Below are positions 48,061 to 58,227 of a stretch of 64,000 nucleotides of DNA, one piece after another. This DNA is from an uncultured bacterium. Lineage in GTDB: Bacteria > Verrucomicrobiota > Verrucomicrobiia > Verrucomicrobiales > DEV007. The position numbers were made by a program, and so were the translations under genes. The notes beneath the pieces were generated by a model that saw nothing but the letters and a program-made list of their open reading frames with translations, had not been told where the DNA came from and did not search any database. The stretch spans positions 1 to 64,000 of the forward strand of contig CAXBMO010000010.1 in the NCBI GenBank assembly GCA_963977015.1. The letters run 5' to 3'. Position 1 is the first letter of the stretch; every line of letters begins with the position of its first letter.

Positions 48061-51000
48061 CATCGTCGGTTGCCTCGATCCAATACCGGCGATGGGCCAG
48101 AATCACGGTTTCTGATCCATCCTCACCGTGAAGACGAAGGCGAAGAGGGGAGTGTCCGCGATGGCGCTCGGCGATGGCTTTGATGCGCTGCAGGTCCTGG
48201 ACGCGATCCGTGTTCGCGTCGATCACGAGTTCAATGGGCTCAATGGGAACCTGCACCGTTTCCTTCTCAAATTCGGCCGGATCAAAAGGTATCGCTTCCA
48301 GCGGAGAAATCTCCTGTGCGTTGAGGCGGCGCACCTCATTCCGTCGATCGAATTCGATATTTCCCTTGATCACGACGACGTTTCCTTTCACCAGATCCTG
48401 GCTGCAGACGTTATAAACGTCGTTCCAGACCGGAATCTCGACGGTGCCGGAGAAGTCCTCCACCATGAGAATCGCGAAAGGCTTCCCGTCTCTCTTGGCG
48501 TATTTGACGGCAGCTTCCGTGATCAGGCCCGCGAAACGCACCGGACTCTTGCTTTCGGGAAGCGCGGGAATTTGGGTGAATTTCTTGTATTTGCCGACTT
48601 TGAAAGACTTGCGATACAAATCGAGCGGATGGCCGGTCACGTAAAAACCGAGAAGGTCCTTTTCCGCAACCAGCATTTCATCTTGAGGCCATTCGTCCAC
48701 CTCGATCTCAGTTTGAGCCGCTGGAACCGATGTCTCGGCAATCTCATCCATTCCGAAGAGCGAACCTTGTCCAGACCGGAGGTCCTTCTGGGTTGTGGCG
48801 GCCGAGGCGACTACTTGATCAAGGCGGTTGAACATCGCGGCCCGTTTTTCCTCGGTGAAATCGAACGCGCCGCATCGGATCAGACTTTCCAGGATCTTCT
48901 TGTTCACCGTCTTTGAGTCGAGCCGGTTGCTGAAGTCTTCCAGACTCTTGAATGCGCCGTTCTTCTCTCGCTCTGCCACCGCCAATGCCATGGCCGCTTC
49001 ACCGACGTTCTTGATGGCGGCGACTCCGAAGCGAATGGCCCGTTTGGGTTGTCCCCATTCGTCGATTCCCGGTTCGGGAGCAAATTTGAGGCGGCTCAGG
49101 TTCACGTTCGGGGGCAGAATATCGATCCCCATTTTCTGGCATTCGGCGACGAAGATGGAGATTTTTTCCGTGTTGTTGATCTCGTTGGAGAGCAGGCCCG
49201 ACATGAATTCCACCGGATAATTCGCTTTGAGATAGGCGGTCTGATAACTCACCAATCCGTAGGCGGCGGAGTGCGACTTGTTGAAACCGTACTTCGCGAA
49301 TTCCTGCAGAATATCGAAAATCTGGTTCGCGAGCTTGGCTTCGATGTCATTGACCTCCTTCGCGCCTTTCACGAACTTCACGCGTTCCTGCTCCATGATC
49401 TCGACCTTCTTTTTACCCATCGCGCGTCGCAACAAGTCAGCTTGGCCGAGACTGTATCCCGCGAGGACGTTTGCGCATCGCTGCACCTGCTCCTGATAAA
49501 TCAGAATTCCGTAGGTCTCCTTTGCGATCTCCTCAAACAAGGGGTGGGGATAGTCGACCTGTTCCTTGCCCTTCTTCCGCGCGATGTAGCTCGGAATGAA
49601 GTCCATCGGACCGGGCCGATAAAGTGCGATCAGGGCGATGATGTCGTCGATGGAGTTGACGTCAAACTGCTTACAGAGATTGACCATGCCGCCAGATTCC
49701 AACTGGAACACGCCGCAGGTTTCTCCGCGATTCAGAAGGTCAAAAGTGGCCTGGTCATCGAGCGGAATCTTTGCGATATCAAAATCGGGCGTGTGAACAT
49801 GGATCAAATCCACCGCGTCCTTGATCACGGTCAAGTTCTTGAGACCGAGGAAGTCCATCTTGAGCATCCCGAGATCGGTGAGCGGGCTCATCGCGTACTG
49901 GGAGACGATTTCCCCCTCCTTTGCCCGGGTCAGCGCCATCAACTCGGTCAAATCCCGATCCCCAATCACGACTCCAGCCGCGTGAACCCCCGTTCCCCGC
50001 GTCAATCCTTCCAGTGCGGTCGCGTAATCCCAGACCTGCTTCGTCGCGGCTTCGTTTTCCAGCGCTTCTTTCAGCTCCGGATTCTTCTGCCGTGCTTCGG
50101 CCAAATTGATGTTCAATTCGTTCGGAATCATCTTCGCGAGACGATCGGAGTCGGTGAAACTCCAGCCCATCACACGCCCGACATCGCGGACCACACTCTT
50201 GGCGCCGAGCGTTCCAAAAGTGATGATGTGCGATACGCAGCGTTCGCCGTATTTTTTCCGAACGTAGTCGATCACTTCCATCCGGCGAGTCGGGCAAAAG
50301 TCGACGTCGACGTCCGGAGGAGAAACCCGCTCCGGATTCAGGAATCGTTCGAAAATCAGGCCAAATCGGATTGGGCAGATGTCGGTGATTTCCAATGCGT
50401 AGGCCACGAGGCTTCCCGCAGCCGAACCGCGGCCTGGACCCACTGGAATTCCGTTGTCTTTCGCCCATTTAATGAAGTCCCACACAATCAGGAAGTAGGA
50501 GATGAAACCCATTTTCTCCATGATCCCGATCTCGTAGTCGAGTCGTTCCTGGAGCTCGTCACTAATGTCTTCGCCGTAGCGATTCACGAGACCTTCCTGA
50601 CAAATGCGTCGGAAAAACTCCTCGGGAGGGCTTCCGTCGGGTGCCGCGAACCGGGGATACTTCTCAATGCTGGTCGCATCCAGCTTGATCTCCAAATCAC
50701 ACATGTCCGCAATGAGCCGCGAATTTGTCACCGCTTCGGGATACTCCGCGAAGACCTCGCGCATCTCCTCTTCGCTCTTGAAATACACCTCCTCGGAATA
50801 GGTCATCCGGTTTTGGTCCATCTCCAACCGGTTGGTCCCGATACAGATCAGGACGTCGTGCGCCTTGTGATCGGCGCGATTCAAGAAGTGGCAGTCATTC
50901 GCGGCAACGAGCTTGAGATCAAACTCCTTCGCGAATTCGACCAGCTGGGCGGTGCACTTGCGTTGCGCCTCCATCCCGTGATCGTGGATTTCGAGGAAAA

Positions 51001-51565
51001 AGTGCTCTTTCCCGAAAATATCGATGAACGACTGCACGCTCTCCCGTGCTTCCGCGATCATGTCGTCCTGAATGAACTGGTTGATCTCCCCCGTAATACA
51101 TCCGCTCAAAACGATCAAACCTTCGGAATACTTCGCCAGCGTCTCCTTATCGACCCTGGGTTTGTAATAAAAACCCTCCAGGTGCGCCATCGACACCAGC
51201 TTCGACAAATTCTCGAACCCCTTCTCATTTTTCGCCAAAACCGTGAGGTGGGAGTTCTTCCTTTGTCCCACCTTTTTGGTCTTCTGCTCCATCGGGACCC
51301 CGGGAGGTGTCAGGTAGATTTCGCAGCCAATAATCGGCTTGATTCCGTTCTTTTTCGCGGCCTGATAGAACTCGATCGCCCCGTAGAGATTGCCGTGATC
51401 AGTCATCGCGACTGCCGGCATGCGAAATTCCTTGGCCCGGGCCATCAGATCCTTGATTCGAATCGCCCCGTCCAGCGTGGAATACTCGGTGTGCAGATGG
51501 AGGTGCACAAATTGTGCGTCCAGCTTTGGTTCCTCGCTTTCGGGATTTGCAGCATCATCAGCCAT
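48026..51565 (-). CDS. dnaE: DNA polymerase III subunit alpha
   Basis: PHP domain FVHLHLHTEYS, GPGRGSAAGS, RVSPPDVDVDF, KMDFLGL, YGFNKSH and an OB-fold tail. Confidence 0.98.
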   Translation of the reverse strand: MADDAANPESEEPKLDAQFVHLHLHTEYSTLDGAIRIKDLMARAKEFRMPAVAMTDHGNLYGAIEFYQAAKKNGIKPIIGCEIYLTPPGVPMEQKTKKVGQRKNSHLTVLAKNEKGFENLSKLVSMAHLEGFYYKPRVDKETLAKYSEGLIVLSGCITGEINQFIQDDMIAEARESVQSFIDIFGKEHFFLEIHDHGMEAQRKCTAQLVEFAKEFDLKLVAANDCHFLNRADHKAHDVLICIGTNRLEMDQNRMTYSEEVYFKSEEEMREVFAEYPEAVTNSRLIADMCDLEIKLDATSIEKYPRFAAPDGSPPEEFFRRICQEGLVNRYGEDISDELQERLDYEIGIMEKMGFISYFLIVWDFIKWAKDNGIPVGPGRGSAAGSLVAYALEITDICPIRFGLIFERFLNPERVSPPDVDVDFCPTRRMEVIDYVRKKYGERCVSHIITFGTLGAKSVVRDVGRVMGWSFTDSDRLAKMIPNELNINLAEARQKNPELKEALENEAATKQVWDYATALEGLTRGTGVHAAGVVIGDRDLTELMALTRAKEGEIVSQYAMSPLTDLGMLKMDFLGLKNLTVIKDAVDLIHVHTPDFDIAKIPLDDQATFDLLNRGETCGVFQLESGGMVNLCKQFDVNSIDDIIALIALYRPGPMDFIPSYIARKKGKEQVDYPHPLFEEIAKETYGILIYQEQVQRCANVLAGYSLGQADLLRRAMGKKKVEIMEQERVKFVKGAKEVNDIEAKLANQIFDILQEFAKYGFNKSHSAAYGLVSYQTAYLKANYPVEFMSGLLSNEINNTEKISIFVAECQKMGIDILPPNVNLSRLKFAPEPGIDEWGQPKRAIRFGVAAIKNVGEAAMALAVAEREKNGAFKSLEDFSNRLDSKTVNKKILESLIRCGAFDFTEEKRAAMFNRLDQVVASAATTQKDLRSGQGSLFGMDEIAETSVPAAQTEIEVDEWPQDEMLVAEKDLLGFYVTGHPLDLYRKSFKVGKYKKFTQIPALPESKSPVRFAGLITEAAVKYAKRDGKPFAILMVEDFSGTVEIPVWNDVYNVCSQDLVKGNVVVIKGNIEFDRRNEVRRLNAQEISPLEAIPFDPAEFEKETVQVPIEPIELVIDANTDRVQDLQRIKAIAERHRGHSPLRLRLHGEDGSETVILAHRRYWIEATDDAKKDLGPWLLN

Positions 51566-51682
51566 AACAAACCCATAAAATCACTCCCACATTCCCGCCA
51601 GCAAAACCTTTAATCTTTCCGAAAAACTCCCGAGGCCAGGAGATCGGCTGGCGTGCGGGGAAAGCTCTGCTAGGCTGCCGGA

Positions 51683-52921
51683 ATGAACTGTTGGATGTCG
51701 TTGCTCATTCTCCTTTCCGTTGGGTCTCATGGCTTGGCACAGGATTGGAAGTCGGGTGAGGATCGCCCGGTGTCTGTGCCGAGCTTGGCCAGTCCGGTTG
51801 CCGTTCATACGCCGGTCAACTATTCGCCGGATCAACATTGGCCGATCCTCTTTCATTACCATACCAATGGCATGGGGCCGAATGTGCAGCTTCCGGCCTA
51901 TTACTCCAACGAGAGCGATTTCATCCTCGTGGCAATGATTCGGGAGGAAAGCGACATCTTTTTGCAGGAGGAGCCATTTTGGCGCAACGAGTTCGCAAAA
52001 TTGGTCGAAGTGAGGTCGGAACTGGTCAAACAGGGACTGCAGGTGGACGTGAATCGGACGTATCTCGGAGGGCTCGGCTTGGGAGGATGGTATGCGAGCT
52101 ATCTGGCAGATTTCGCAATGGCGGAACTGGCTGGCGTTTACGTGATGGCGGCGGGAACCTACACGGCTTCCAAACTGACGCCGAAGCCGGTGCGAAAACG
52201 GATGCCAATTTACGTTGGTGTCGCGCAGTTGGAGACCAATTATGCCTTTGCCCTGAACGCAACGGAGCATTTTCGTCGCTTGGGAGCGCAGGTAACGTTC
52301 GACGAGTATTTGGGGCTGAATCACGTGATTCCGATGCCGCCCGGCGGGCCCGTAGCAGAGCGTTTCCGGCAATGGCTGCAGATCGAGGCAAATTTGAAGA
52401 CGCCGGAAGAGGGGAGGAGACTGGTGGCGGCCTGGAGTGAAAAGATTGATGCCAGGTTGGCGACGTTGGAAGCTCCAATGGATCAGTTTCTCCTGATTGA
52501 GCACGTGGCCACCTTTCCGTTTTACGCGGCCTTGCCAGCCGCAACTCGGGCGAAATTGAAAACGAGGCGGGAGGAATTGATGGTGAATCCGAAGTTGCGG
52601 GATGAGATGCTGGCCCGGCGCGAGTTTGCCAAGCTCAATCATGAAGAAACGCTCGACTTTGCGATTCGGAACCGGCGGCGAATCGCCTCGAATTATGCAT
52701 CGCTCTATCAGAAATTCCCGGAGACGCATTATGGAGCCCGCGCCGGTTTGGCGATGATTCGGTTGCGGGATCCGGTGGAGAATCCAGACCGTTGGATGTT
52801 TCAGAGTGAGGAGCAGAAGGAGCGATTTTTGGAGGAAGTGAAACGACGGCCGCTGCCAAGTCTTCCTCAAGGCAAACTGATGCTGGAAATGGAGCGAGTC
52901 ACGGAGGTTTTGAGCCTGTAA
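51683..52921 (+). CDS. Exported alpha/beta-hydrolase-fold protein with helical C-terminus (nucleophile Ser apparently absent)
   Basis: Signal peptide; VHTPVNY...WPILFHYH, RTYLGGLGLGG, PIYVGVA and YLGLNH segments. Confidence 0.7.
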   Translation: MNCWMSLLILLSVGSHGLAQDWKSGEDRPVSVPSLASPVAVHTPVNYSPDQHWPILFHYHTNGMGPNVQLPAYYSNESDFILVAMIREESDIFLQEEPFWRNEFAKLVEVRSELVKQGLQVDVNRTYLGGLGLGGWYASYLADFAMAELAGVYVMAAGTYTASKLTPKPVRKRMPIYVGVAQLETNYAFALNATEHFRRLGAQVTFDEYLGLNHVIPMPPGGPVAERFRQWLQIEANLKTPEEGRRLVAAWSEKIDARLATLEAPMDQFLLIEHVATFPFYAALPAATRAKLKTRREELMVNPKLRDEMLARREFAKLNHEETLDFAIRNRRRIASNYASLYQKFPETHYGARAGLAMIRLRDPVENPDRWMFQSEEQKERFLEEVKRRPLPSLPQGKLMLEMERVTEVLSL

Positions 52922-52923
52922 AC

Positions 52924-53559
52924 ATGTCACTTCACTGGAAATTGCTCTTTGGGCTGTGGCCGTGCGTCGCCGTGGGAATTGGACTTTGGAGGTGGGATTC
53001 TGCCTTTGCCGCAATCTTGCTCTATCACGCTGGAATTGCCGTTGGCGTCGGTTGCGACACCAAGGTTTTGGGACTGATCAAACGGGGATTCAGGTGGTTC
53101 CCGGCGATCGGGGGAATCGTGATCGGAATTCTCACGATTCCGGTCGTTTTGTTGTGCTTGCCGATTCTGGTTGGGATGGAATCTCCTGAACTGGGCGAGG
53201 TTCTGAGCTCGAAATTGGCGGAAACAGGGCTGAGTGGATCCTGGTTTTGGTTGTTCCTCGCGTATTTCGTCACCATTCATCCCATTCTGGAAGAGCTGGG
53301 CTGGCGAGCGATTCTGCAGAGTGACTCCGCCAAACCGCATGGCTTGGACCTGGAATTTGCGATCTATCACCTGTTGGTCCTGGGCTATTTTTTTCCGAAA
53401 GCCTGGCCGTTGCTCGTCGTCACCTTTCTCGTGCTTTCCGGATCCGCCTGGCTGTGGCGGCAGATGAGGAGATCCATGGGCGGGCTCGCTTCGGTCATCC
53501 TTTTCCACGCGGCCGCCGATGCCGGAATTTTGATCGCGGTTTGGATGCTGGTGCGCTGA
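52924..53559 (+). CDS. CPBP (CAAX/Abi) family intramembrane metalloprotease
   Basis: EELGWR, FAIYH and HAAAD motifs in a multi-TM protein. Confidence 0.8.
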   Translation: MSLHWKLLFGLWPCVAVGIGLWRWDSAFAAILLYHAGIAVGVGCDTKVLGLIKRGFRWFPAIGGIVIGILTIPVVLLCLPILVGMESPELGEVLSSKLAETGLSGSWFWLFLAYFVTIHPILEELGWRAILQSDSAKPHGLDLEFAIYHLLVLGYFFPKAWPLLVVTFLVLSGSAWLWRQMRRSMGGLASVILFHAAADAGILIAVWMLVR

Positions 53560-53568
53560 GCGGTTAGG

Positions 53569-55650
53569 CTATTCGAGAAACCGGAATTGGCCACTCGCCA
53601 AAAGCAGATGTATCAAGTCCGCCCACGCATCTTCTTCGTTCGTTTCCGCGCCTCGCAAATCCAAGTAAGCGGAGGCAATTTGTTTGGAGGCAGAATCGGG
53701 TTTGGCGCCCGAAGTGAGACGAAAGGCGAGCTCCAGGCGGGAGGCGGCTGGAACTGAGAGAATCCGTTGGGCGGCCGCCTTCGCCTGGGTTTCAAGAAAA
53801 GTTCCGTTCATGAGAAACAGGGATTGCGAGGGGATCGTTCGCGAATGTCGGGCGCCGATCGAGACATTGGGATCGGCGAAGTCGAACAACTGGAGAAACT
53901 CGGGCATCTCGTTGCGAACAATCGGTAAATAGATCGTGCGATGACGATCGGACGCGATTTCTTCTCGAAACTCGACCCGGTTCCCGCCATTTCCGTAATC
54001 CTTGCCGGCATATACGTGACGCATGATTGATCCGTCCGGAGGACTGAGGTCAAGTTGGCCGCTGACGGACAGCACGGCGTCTCGGAATTGCTCGATGTCG
54101 AGACGACGAAAGTTGGCCCGCCACCAAAAGCGGTTCTCGGGATCGATCTCTTGATTCTTGGCATTGGATTCGCTCGAAAGCTGCCACGTTTCAGTGAGCA
54201 CGATCCGGCGGATCAGCCGTTTGATGGACCATCCGTCCGCGATGAATCCCGCGCTGAGATGGTCGAGCAATTCGGGGTGACTAGGCTCGTCTCCCATCAC
54301 GCCAAAATTATCAACTGTTCGAACCAGGCCCTGACCAAACAGGTGATGCCAAACGCGATTCACGATCACTCGTGCGGTTAACGGATTCTCCGGAGCGGCG
54401 AGCCACTCGGCCAACTCCAGGCGACCGCTCTTTTCAATGCTGATCTCACTCCAGGTCGGCATGCCGGGAATGGAGAGGCCGCCGCGATTCACGATGGGGC
54501 CGTGGTCCTTCGGCATCCCGCCAATGCGAATCCGACAGTTCTCCGGCGGAGCACTCGCGCGCTGCATGGCCATGGTGTAGCCAGGTTGATCTGGTGGGGG
54601 ATTCTCGATCAACGCGATTCGCTCCTGATTCTTCGCCTCTGCGTCGGCATACATCTGTTCGCTCTTTTCATGAAGCGCCAGTAAGTCAGGCGCCTCTTCC
54701 GGCTTTTGGAGCCCGCGATCGCGCAGAGTGCCGGTGACCTCACGGCGGATGCGGTAAGCGGCCGATCGCGTTCCGGTAACGAACTCCGTCAGCCGGACTA
54801 CTTCCGCCCGCCACGCGGCAACCGCTGGATGGAGCTCGTTCGCCCGCGTTCCGATTGGAACCAATTTCGTGTCCTTCTCGTGCTTGTTGAGGTAAAGCGG
54901 GCCTGGTCCGTAGCGCGTTTCGCTGCTCAGGAAGATGCCGGCCAACGCATAGTAATCCGCAGTCGGGATGGGATCGAACTTGTGATCATGACAACGGGCG
55001 CACGCGATGGTCAGCCCGAGAATAGAACGCGACATCACATCGATTTGCTCATCGACAAGATCCATTTTGAATTTCTCGATGTCGGGCTCCTGAAACGCCT
55101 TCGGGCCGAGAGCGAGGAACGCCGTGGCAATTTTTTGCTCGTCGCTGGAATCCTCCAGCAGGTCTCCCGCGATCTGCTCCCTCACAAACTGATCGTAGGG
55201 CTTGTCCTGATTGAAGCTGGAGATGACATAGTCCCGGTAGCGCCAGGCATGTGGAAACACCACGTCACGATCCTTGCCGTTGGATTCCGCATAACGTGCC
55301 AAGTCAAGCCAGTGACGGCCCCATTTCTCGCCGAACCGTGGACTTGCCAACAACCGATCGACCAGTTGTTCCGTGGAAATCTGCTGCGCATCCTCAAATT
55401 CTTCAGGCGAAGGAGGTAAGCCAATCAGGTTGAAGTAGAGCCTGCGAATGAGGGTTTCAGTCTTTGCGGCGACGGCGGGTTTCAGGCCCTGTTCCGCTCT
55501 TTTGGTGGCGATGAACTGGTCGATCGCCGTTTCTTCCTCATGGCCGGTCAGACTGTGTTTCTGAATCGGTGAGAGCGACCAGAGCCCAGGTTCGCTGGCG
55601 AAAAGAATCGCCGGAAACAAAAGGGCAATGGTGGAAATGAGGCGGAACAT
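53569..55650 (-). CDS. DUF1549/DUF1553 (PSD) domain protein
   Basis: FGEKWGRHWLDLARYAES, CARCHDHKFDP, VNRVWHHLFG, PSHPELLD and PSQSLFLMN motifs. ATG 55650 gives a signal peptide. Confidence 0.93.
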   Translation of the reverse strand: MFRLISTIALLFPAILFASEPGLWSLSPIQKHSLTGHEEETAIDQFIATKRAEQGLKPAVAAKTETLIRRLYFNLIGLPPSPEEFEDAQQISTEQLVDRLLASPRFGEKWGRHWLDLARYAESNGKDRDVVFPHAWRYRDYVISSFNQDKPYDQFVREQIAGDLLEDSSDEQKIATAFLALGPKAFQEPDIEKFKMDLVDEQIDVMSRSILGLTIACARCHDHKFDPIPTADYYALAGIFLSSETRYGPGPLYLNKHEKDTKLVPIGTRANELHPAVAAWRAEVVRLTEFVTGTRSAAYRIRREVTGTLRDRGLQKPEEAPDLLALHEKSEQMYADAEAKNQERIALIENPPPDQPGYTMAMQRASAPPENCRIRIGGMPKDHGPIVNRGGLSIPGMPTWSEISIEKSGRLELAEWLAAPENPLTARVIVNRVWHHLFGQGLVRTVDNFGVMGDEPSHPELLDHLSAGFIADGWSIKRLIRRIVLTETWQLSSESNAKNQEIDPENRFWWRANFRRLDIEQFRDAVLSVSGQLDLSPPDGSIMRHVYAGKDYGNGGNRVEFREEIASDRHRTIYLPIVRNEMPEFLQLFDFADPNVSIGARHSRTIPSQSLFLMNGTFLETQAKAAAQRILSVPAASRLELAFRLTSGAKPDSASKQIASAYLDLRGAETNEEDAWADLIHLLLASGQFRFLE

Positions 55651-55743
55651 GATCGAAGCCTTTGGAATAACACGCCTGAAACAACGTCCTTGTTTCAAGG
55701 CGCATCCTAACATGATCACTATTGTCTTCCAGATTATTTTGCG

Positions 55744-56991
55744 ATGACGCGCTATCTCCGCGAACGAACCTTGTTTGGACCGTTGCTTGAGGAGCCTCCC
55801 TCAAATCGATTGGGAATGGTGGTGGTCATTCCGGCGAAAGATGAACCCAATCTGCTTCGGTCGCTCGAAAGCCTGGCTGATTGTGAGGTTCCAACTTCGG
55901 ATGGGGAAGTGATTGTAGTGATCAACTCCGGGGAAAACGATGCGGCTGAAGTCGTTGAGAGGAATGCCCGTTTGGAGACGGAGGCGCGGGAATGGGCGAA
56001 GTCCAATTCACGGGCGAAATTGAAGTTTGAGGTGTTGAATTTTCCCAACCTTCCGCACAAGCATGCCGGAGTTGGCCTGGCACGAAAGATCGGGATGGAT
56101 GAGGGGTGCCGCCGCCTCGAAGCGGTGGGCAATCCGACCGGAGCGCTTCTCTGCTTTGATGCGGATAGTCGCTGTGATCCCAACTATCTTCGCGAGGTGG
56201 AAGCTCTCTTCCGGCGGGATGAGTCTTGCCAGGCTTGCTCCATCTACTTTGAGCATCCGATGGAGGGACGCGAGTTTGTTCCGGAGATCTACGATGCAAT
56301 CATCGACTACGAACTTCATCTCCGCTACTTCGTGCGAGCGCAACGCCATGCCGGTTTGCCGCATGCTTTTCAAACGATTGGTTCGTCAATGGCAGTTCGG
56401 TGCGACGCGTATCAGGCCCAGAACGGAATGAATCGGCGCAAAGCTGGTGAGGACTTCTACTTCCTCCACAAGTTCACGCCGTTGGGAACGTTGGTTGATC
56501 TGAACAGCACCCGGGTAATTCCATCTCCCCGCCCGTCAGATCGCGTTCCTTTTGGGACCGGGAAAGCGGTTGGCGAATTGATCGAGACGGATGCGAAGTG
56601 CCTGACCTATCATCCGTCGAGCTTTCAGGATCTACGCAGTTTCGTCGGGACGGTGGATTCGTTGTTTGAGCTTGCTGAGGGGAAAGAGGAGGCGTTTGTC
56701 AAAAATCAGCCGGAGAGTGTCCGCGCCTTTCTCGAAACGCAGCCGTTCTGGGAGCGCGTTGCTGAAATCCGTTCCAACGTCACCACCCGTGACGCCTTTC
56801 GCAGCCGGTTCTTTCGCTGGTTCAGCGCCTTTCTCGTCATGAAGTTTGTCCATCACGCTCGCGACCACTTTTACCCGGATTGCGAAGTCGGAGAAGCGGC
56901 CAAATGGCTGCTGGAAGCGACCTGTCCGGCAAAAAACGCGGAGACGAATGCCGAACTGTTGAAAATCTATCGGGAACTGGACCGCGCCTAG
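55744..56991 (+). CDS. Glycosyltransferase family 2-like protein
   Basis: VVIPAKDE, GVGLARKIGMD, FDADS and AGEDFYFLHK motifs. Confidence 0.85.
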   Translation: MTRYLRERTLFGPLLEEPPSNRLGMVVVIPAKDEPNLLRSLESLADCEVPTSDGEVIVVINSGENDAAEVVERNARLETEAREWAKSNSRAKLKFEVLNFPNLPHKHAGVGLARKIGMDEGCRRLEAVGNPTGALLCFDADSRCDPNYLREVEALFRRDESCQACSIYFEHPMEGREFVPEIYDAIIDYELHLRYFVRAQRHAGLPHAFQTIGSSMAVRCDAYQAQNGMNRRKAGEDFYFLHKFTPLGTLVDLNSTRVIPSPRPSDRVPFGTGKAVGELIETDAKCLTYHPSSFQDLRSFVGTVDSLFELAEGKEEAFVKNQPESVRAFLETQPFWERVAEIRSNVTTRDAFRSRFFRWFSAFLVMKFVHHARDHFYPDCEVGEAAKWLLEATCPAKNAETNAELLKIYRELDRA

Positions 56992-58136
56992 TTCGAGCGC
57001 GTTTCCATCACGACTTTTTCAATGCGCTCAAGCGCAGAATCGATCTCGGCCTTGGTCGTGAAAATGGAGAGCGAAAGCCGCAAACTGCTGAACGCGCGTT
57101 CGTCGCTGAAACCCATCGCCTTTTGCACGTGACTGGGTTGGGCCTTGCCCGTCATGCAGGCGCTTCCCGCAGAGCATTGGACGCCGGCCTGATCCAGCTT
57201 GGGGAGCAGCTCGGATGCGGTGCAGCCATCGAAGGAAACATGAGCGACATTGCCGGTCCGGTGCTCACGCGATCCATTGAGGTGAACGCCATCCAGCCGC
57301 TTCACCAATTCGTTTTCCAGGAAATCGCGAAGTTCAGTCATTTCGGCATGGCCATCTTCATCAATCCGCAGCCTCATGATTTCAGCGGCTTTTCCCAATC
57401 CGACGATAAAAGGCACATTCTCGGTTCCACTGCGCATTCCCGATTCCTGGCCACCACCCCGGATCATCGGCTCAAAGTTTGCGTTTTCCCGGATGAACAA
57501 AGCTCCCACGCCCTTCGGCGCATGAAATTTGTGGCCGCTGATCGAAAGGAAATCGACCGGGACGTCCGCAACGTTGATCGGCACCTTTCCAACCGCCTGA
57601 ATCGCGTCGGTATGGAAGCTCCACTTGGCCGCTGAAGCGATCTCGCAAGCTTCGGCAATCGGCTGGACTACGCCGGATTCATTGTTGGCCCACATGATTG
57701 AGCAGAAGCCCGGTTTGGTGGAATCAACGACGGTTTCGAGGTCCGGAATCCGGAGTCTGCCATCCTCATTGACCCCAACGCGTTCAACGTCGAACCCGAC
57801 CGCCTGCATCGCTTCGAGAGGTCGGAGAACCGCGCTGTGTTCGATTTCGCTCGTGACAACTTTGGAGTTTTTTCGACCGATCAGTCGCGCGAGGGATTTG
57901 ATCGCCATGTTGTTCGACTCTGTGCCGCACCCCGTGAAGACGATCTCCGTCGGCCTTGCCCCAATCAACGCGGCCACTTGCTCTCGAGCGTTCTGAATTG
58001 CGGCTTTCACTTCCTTGCCGGCGGCATAGCCACTGGACGGATTGTACCAGGTTTCCGTCAGAAATGGCATCATTGCTTCTACCACCTCGGGATGAACCTG
58101 AGTGGTTGCGTTGGAGTCCAGGTAGATGGCAGCCAT
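56988..58136 (-). CDS. Cysteine desulfurase (IscS/NifS family)
   Basis: IYLDSNATT, HTDAIQAVGK, SGHKFHAPKG (PLP lysine), RSGTEN and SAGSAC motifs. Confidence 0.95.
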   Translation of the reverse strand: MAAIYLDSNATTQVHPEVVEAMMPFLTETWYNPSSGYAAGKEVKAAIQNAREQVAALIGARPTEIVFTGCGTESNNMAIKSLARLIGRKNSKVVTSEIEHSAVLRPLEAMQAVGFDVERVGVNEDGRLRIPDLETVVDSTKPGFCSIMWANNESGVVQPIAEACEIASAAKWSFHTDAIQAVGKVPINVADVPVDFLSISGHKFHAPKGVGALFIRENANFEPMIRGGGQESGMRSGTENVPFIVGLGKAAEIMRLRIDEDGHAEMTELRDFLENELVKRLDGVHLNGSREHRTGNVAHVSFDGCTASELLPKLDQAGVQCSAGSACMTGKAQPSHVQKAMGFSDERAFSSLRLSLSIFTTKAEIDSALERIEKVVMETRSN

Positions 58137-58172
58137 AAGATCAAGAAGCGGCAATTCGAAGTGTCGGACAAC

Positions 58173-58202
58173 AAAAAAGCCCCGCTGCCGAAGCAACGGA
58201 GC
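58173..58202 (-). terminator. Rho-independent terminator downstream of the HMA-domain gene
   Basis: Minus strand reads GCTCCGTTGC-TTCG-GCAGCGGGGC-TTTTTT, about 25 nt after the TAA at 58228. Confidence 0.85.
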
Positions 58203-58227
58203 TTAACAAAAGTATCAATTAAGAAAC

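Noticed and set aside
49049-51613. 854-aa plus-strand ORF, and similar long antisense ORFs at 7779..9557, 12133..13542, 20621..22564, 43841..45214 and 51581..53014
   Set aside because: Each overlaps a better-supported gene on the opposite strand; this is expected from codon bias in GC-rich DNA.
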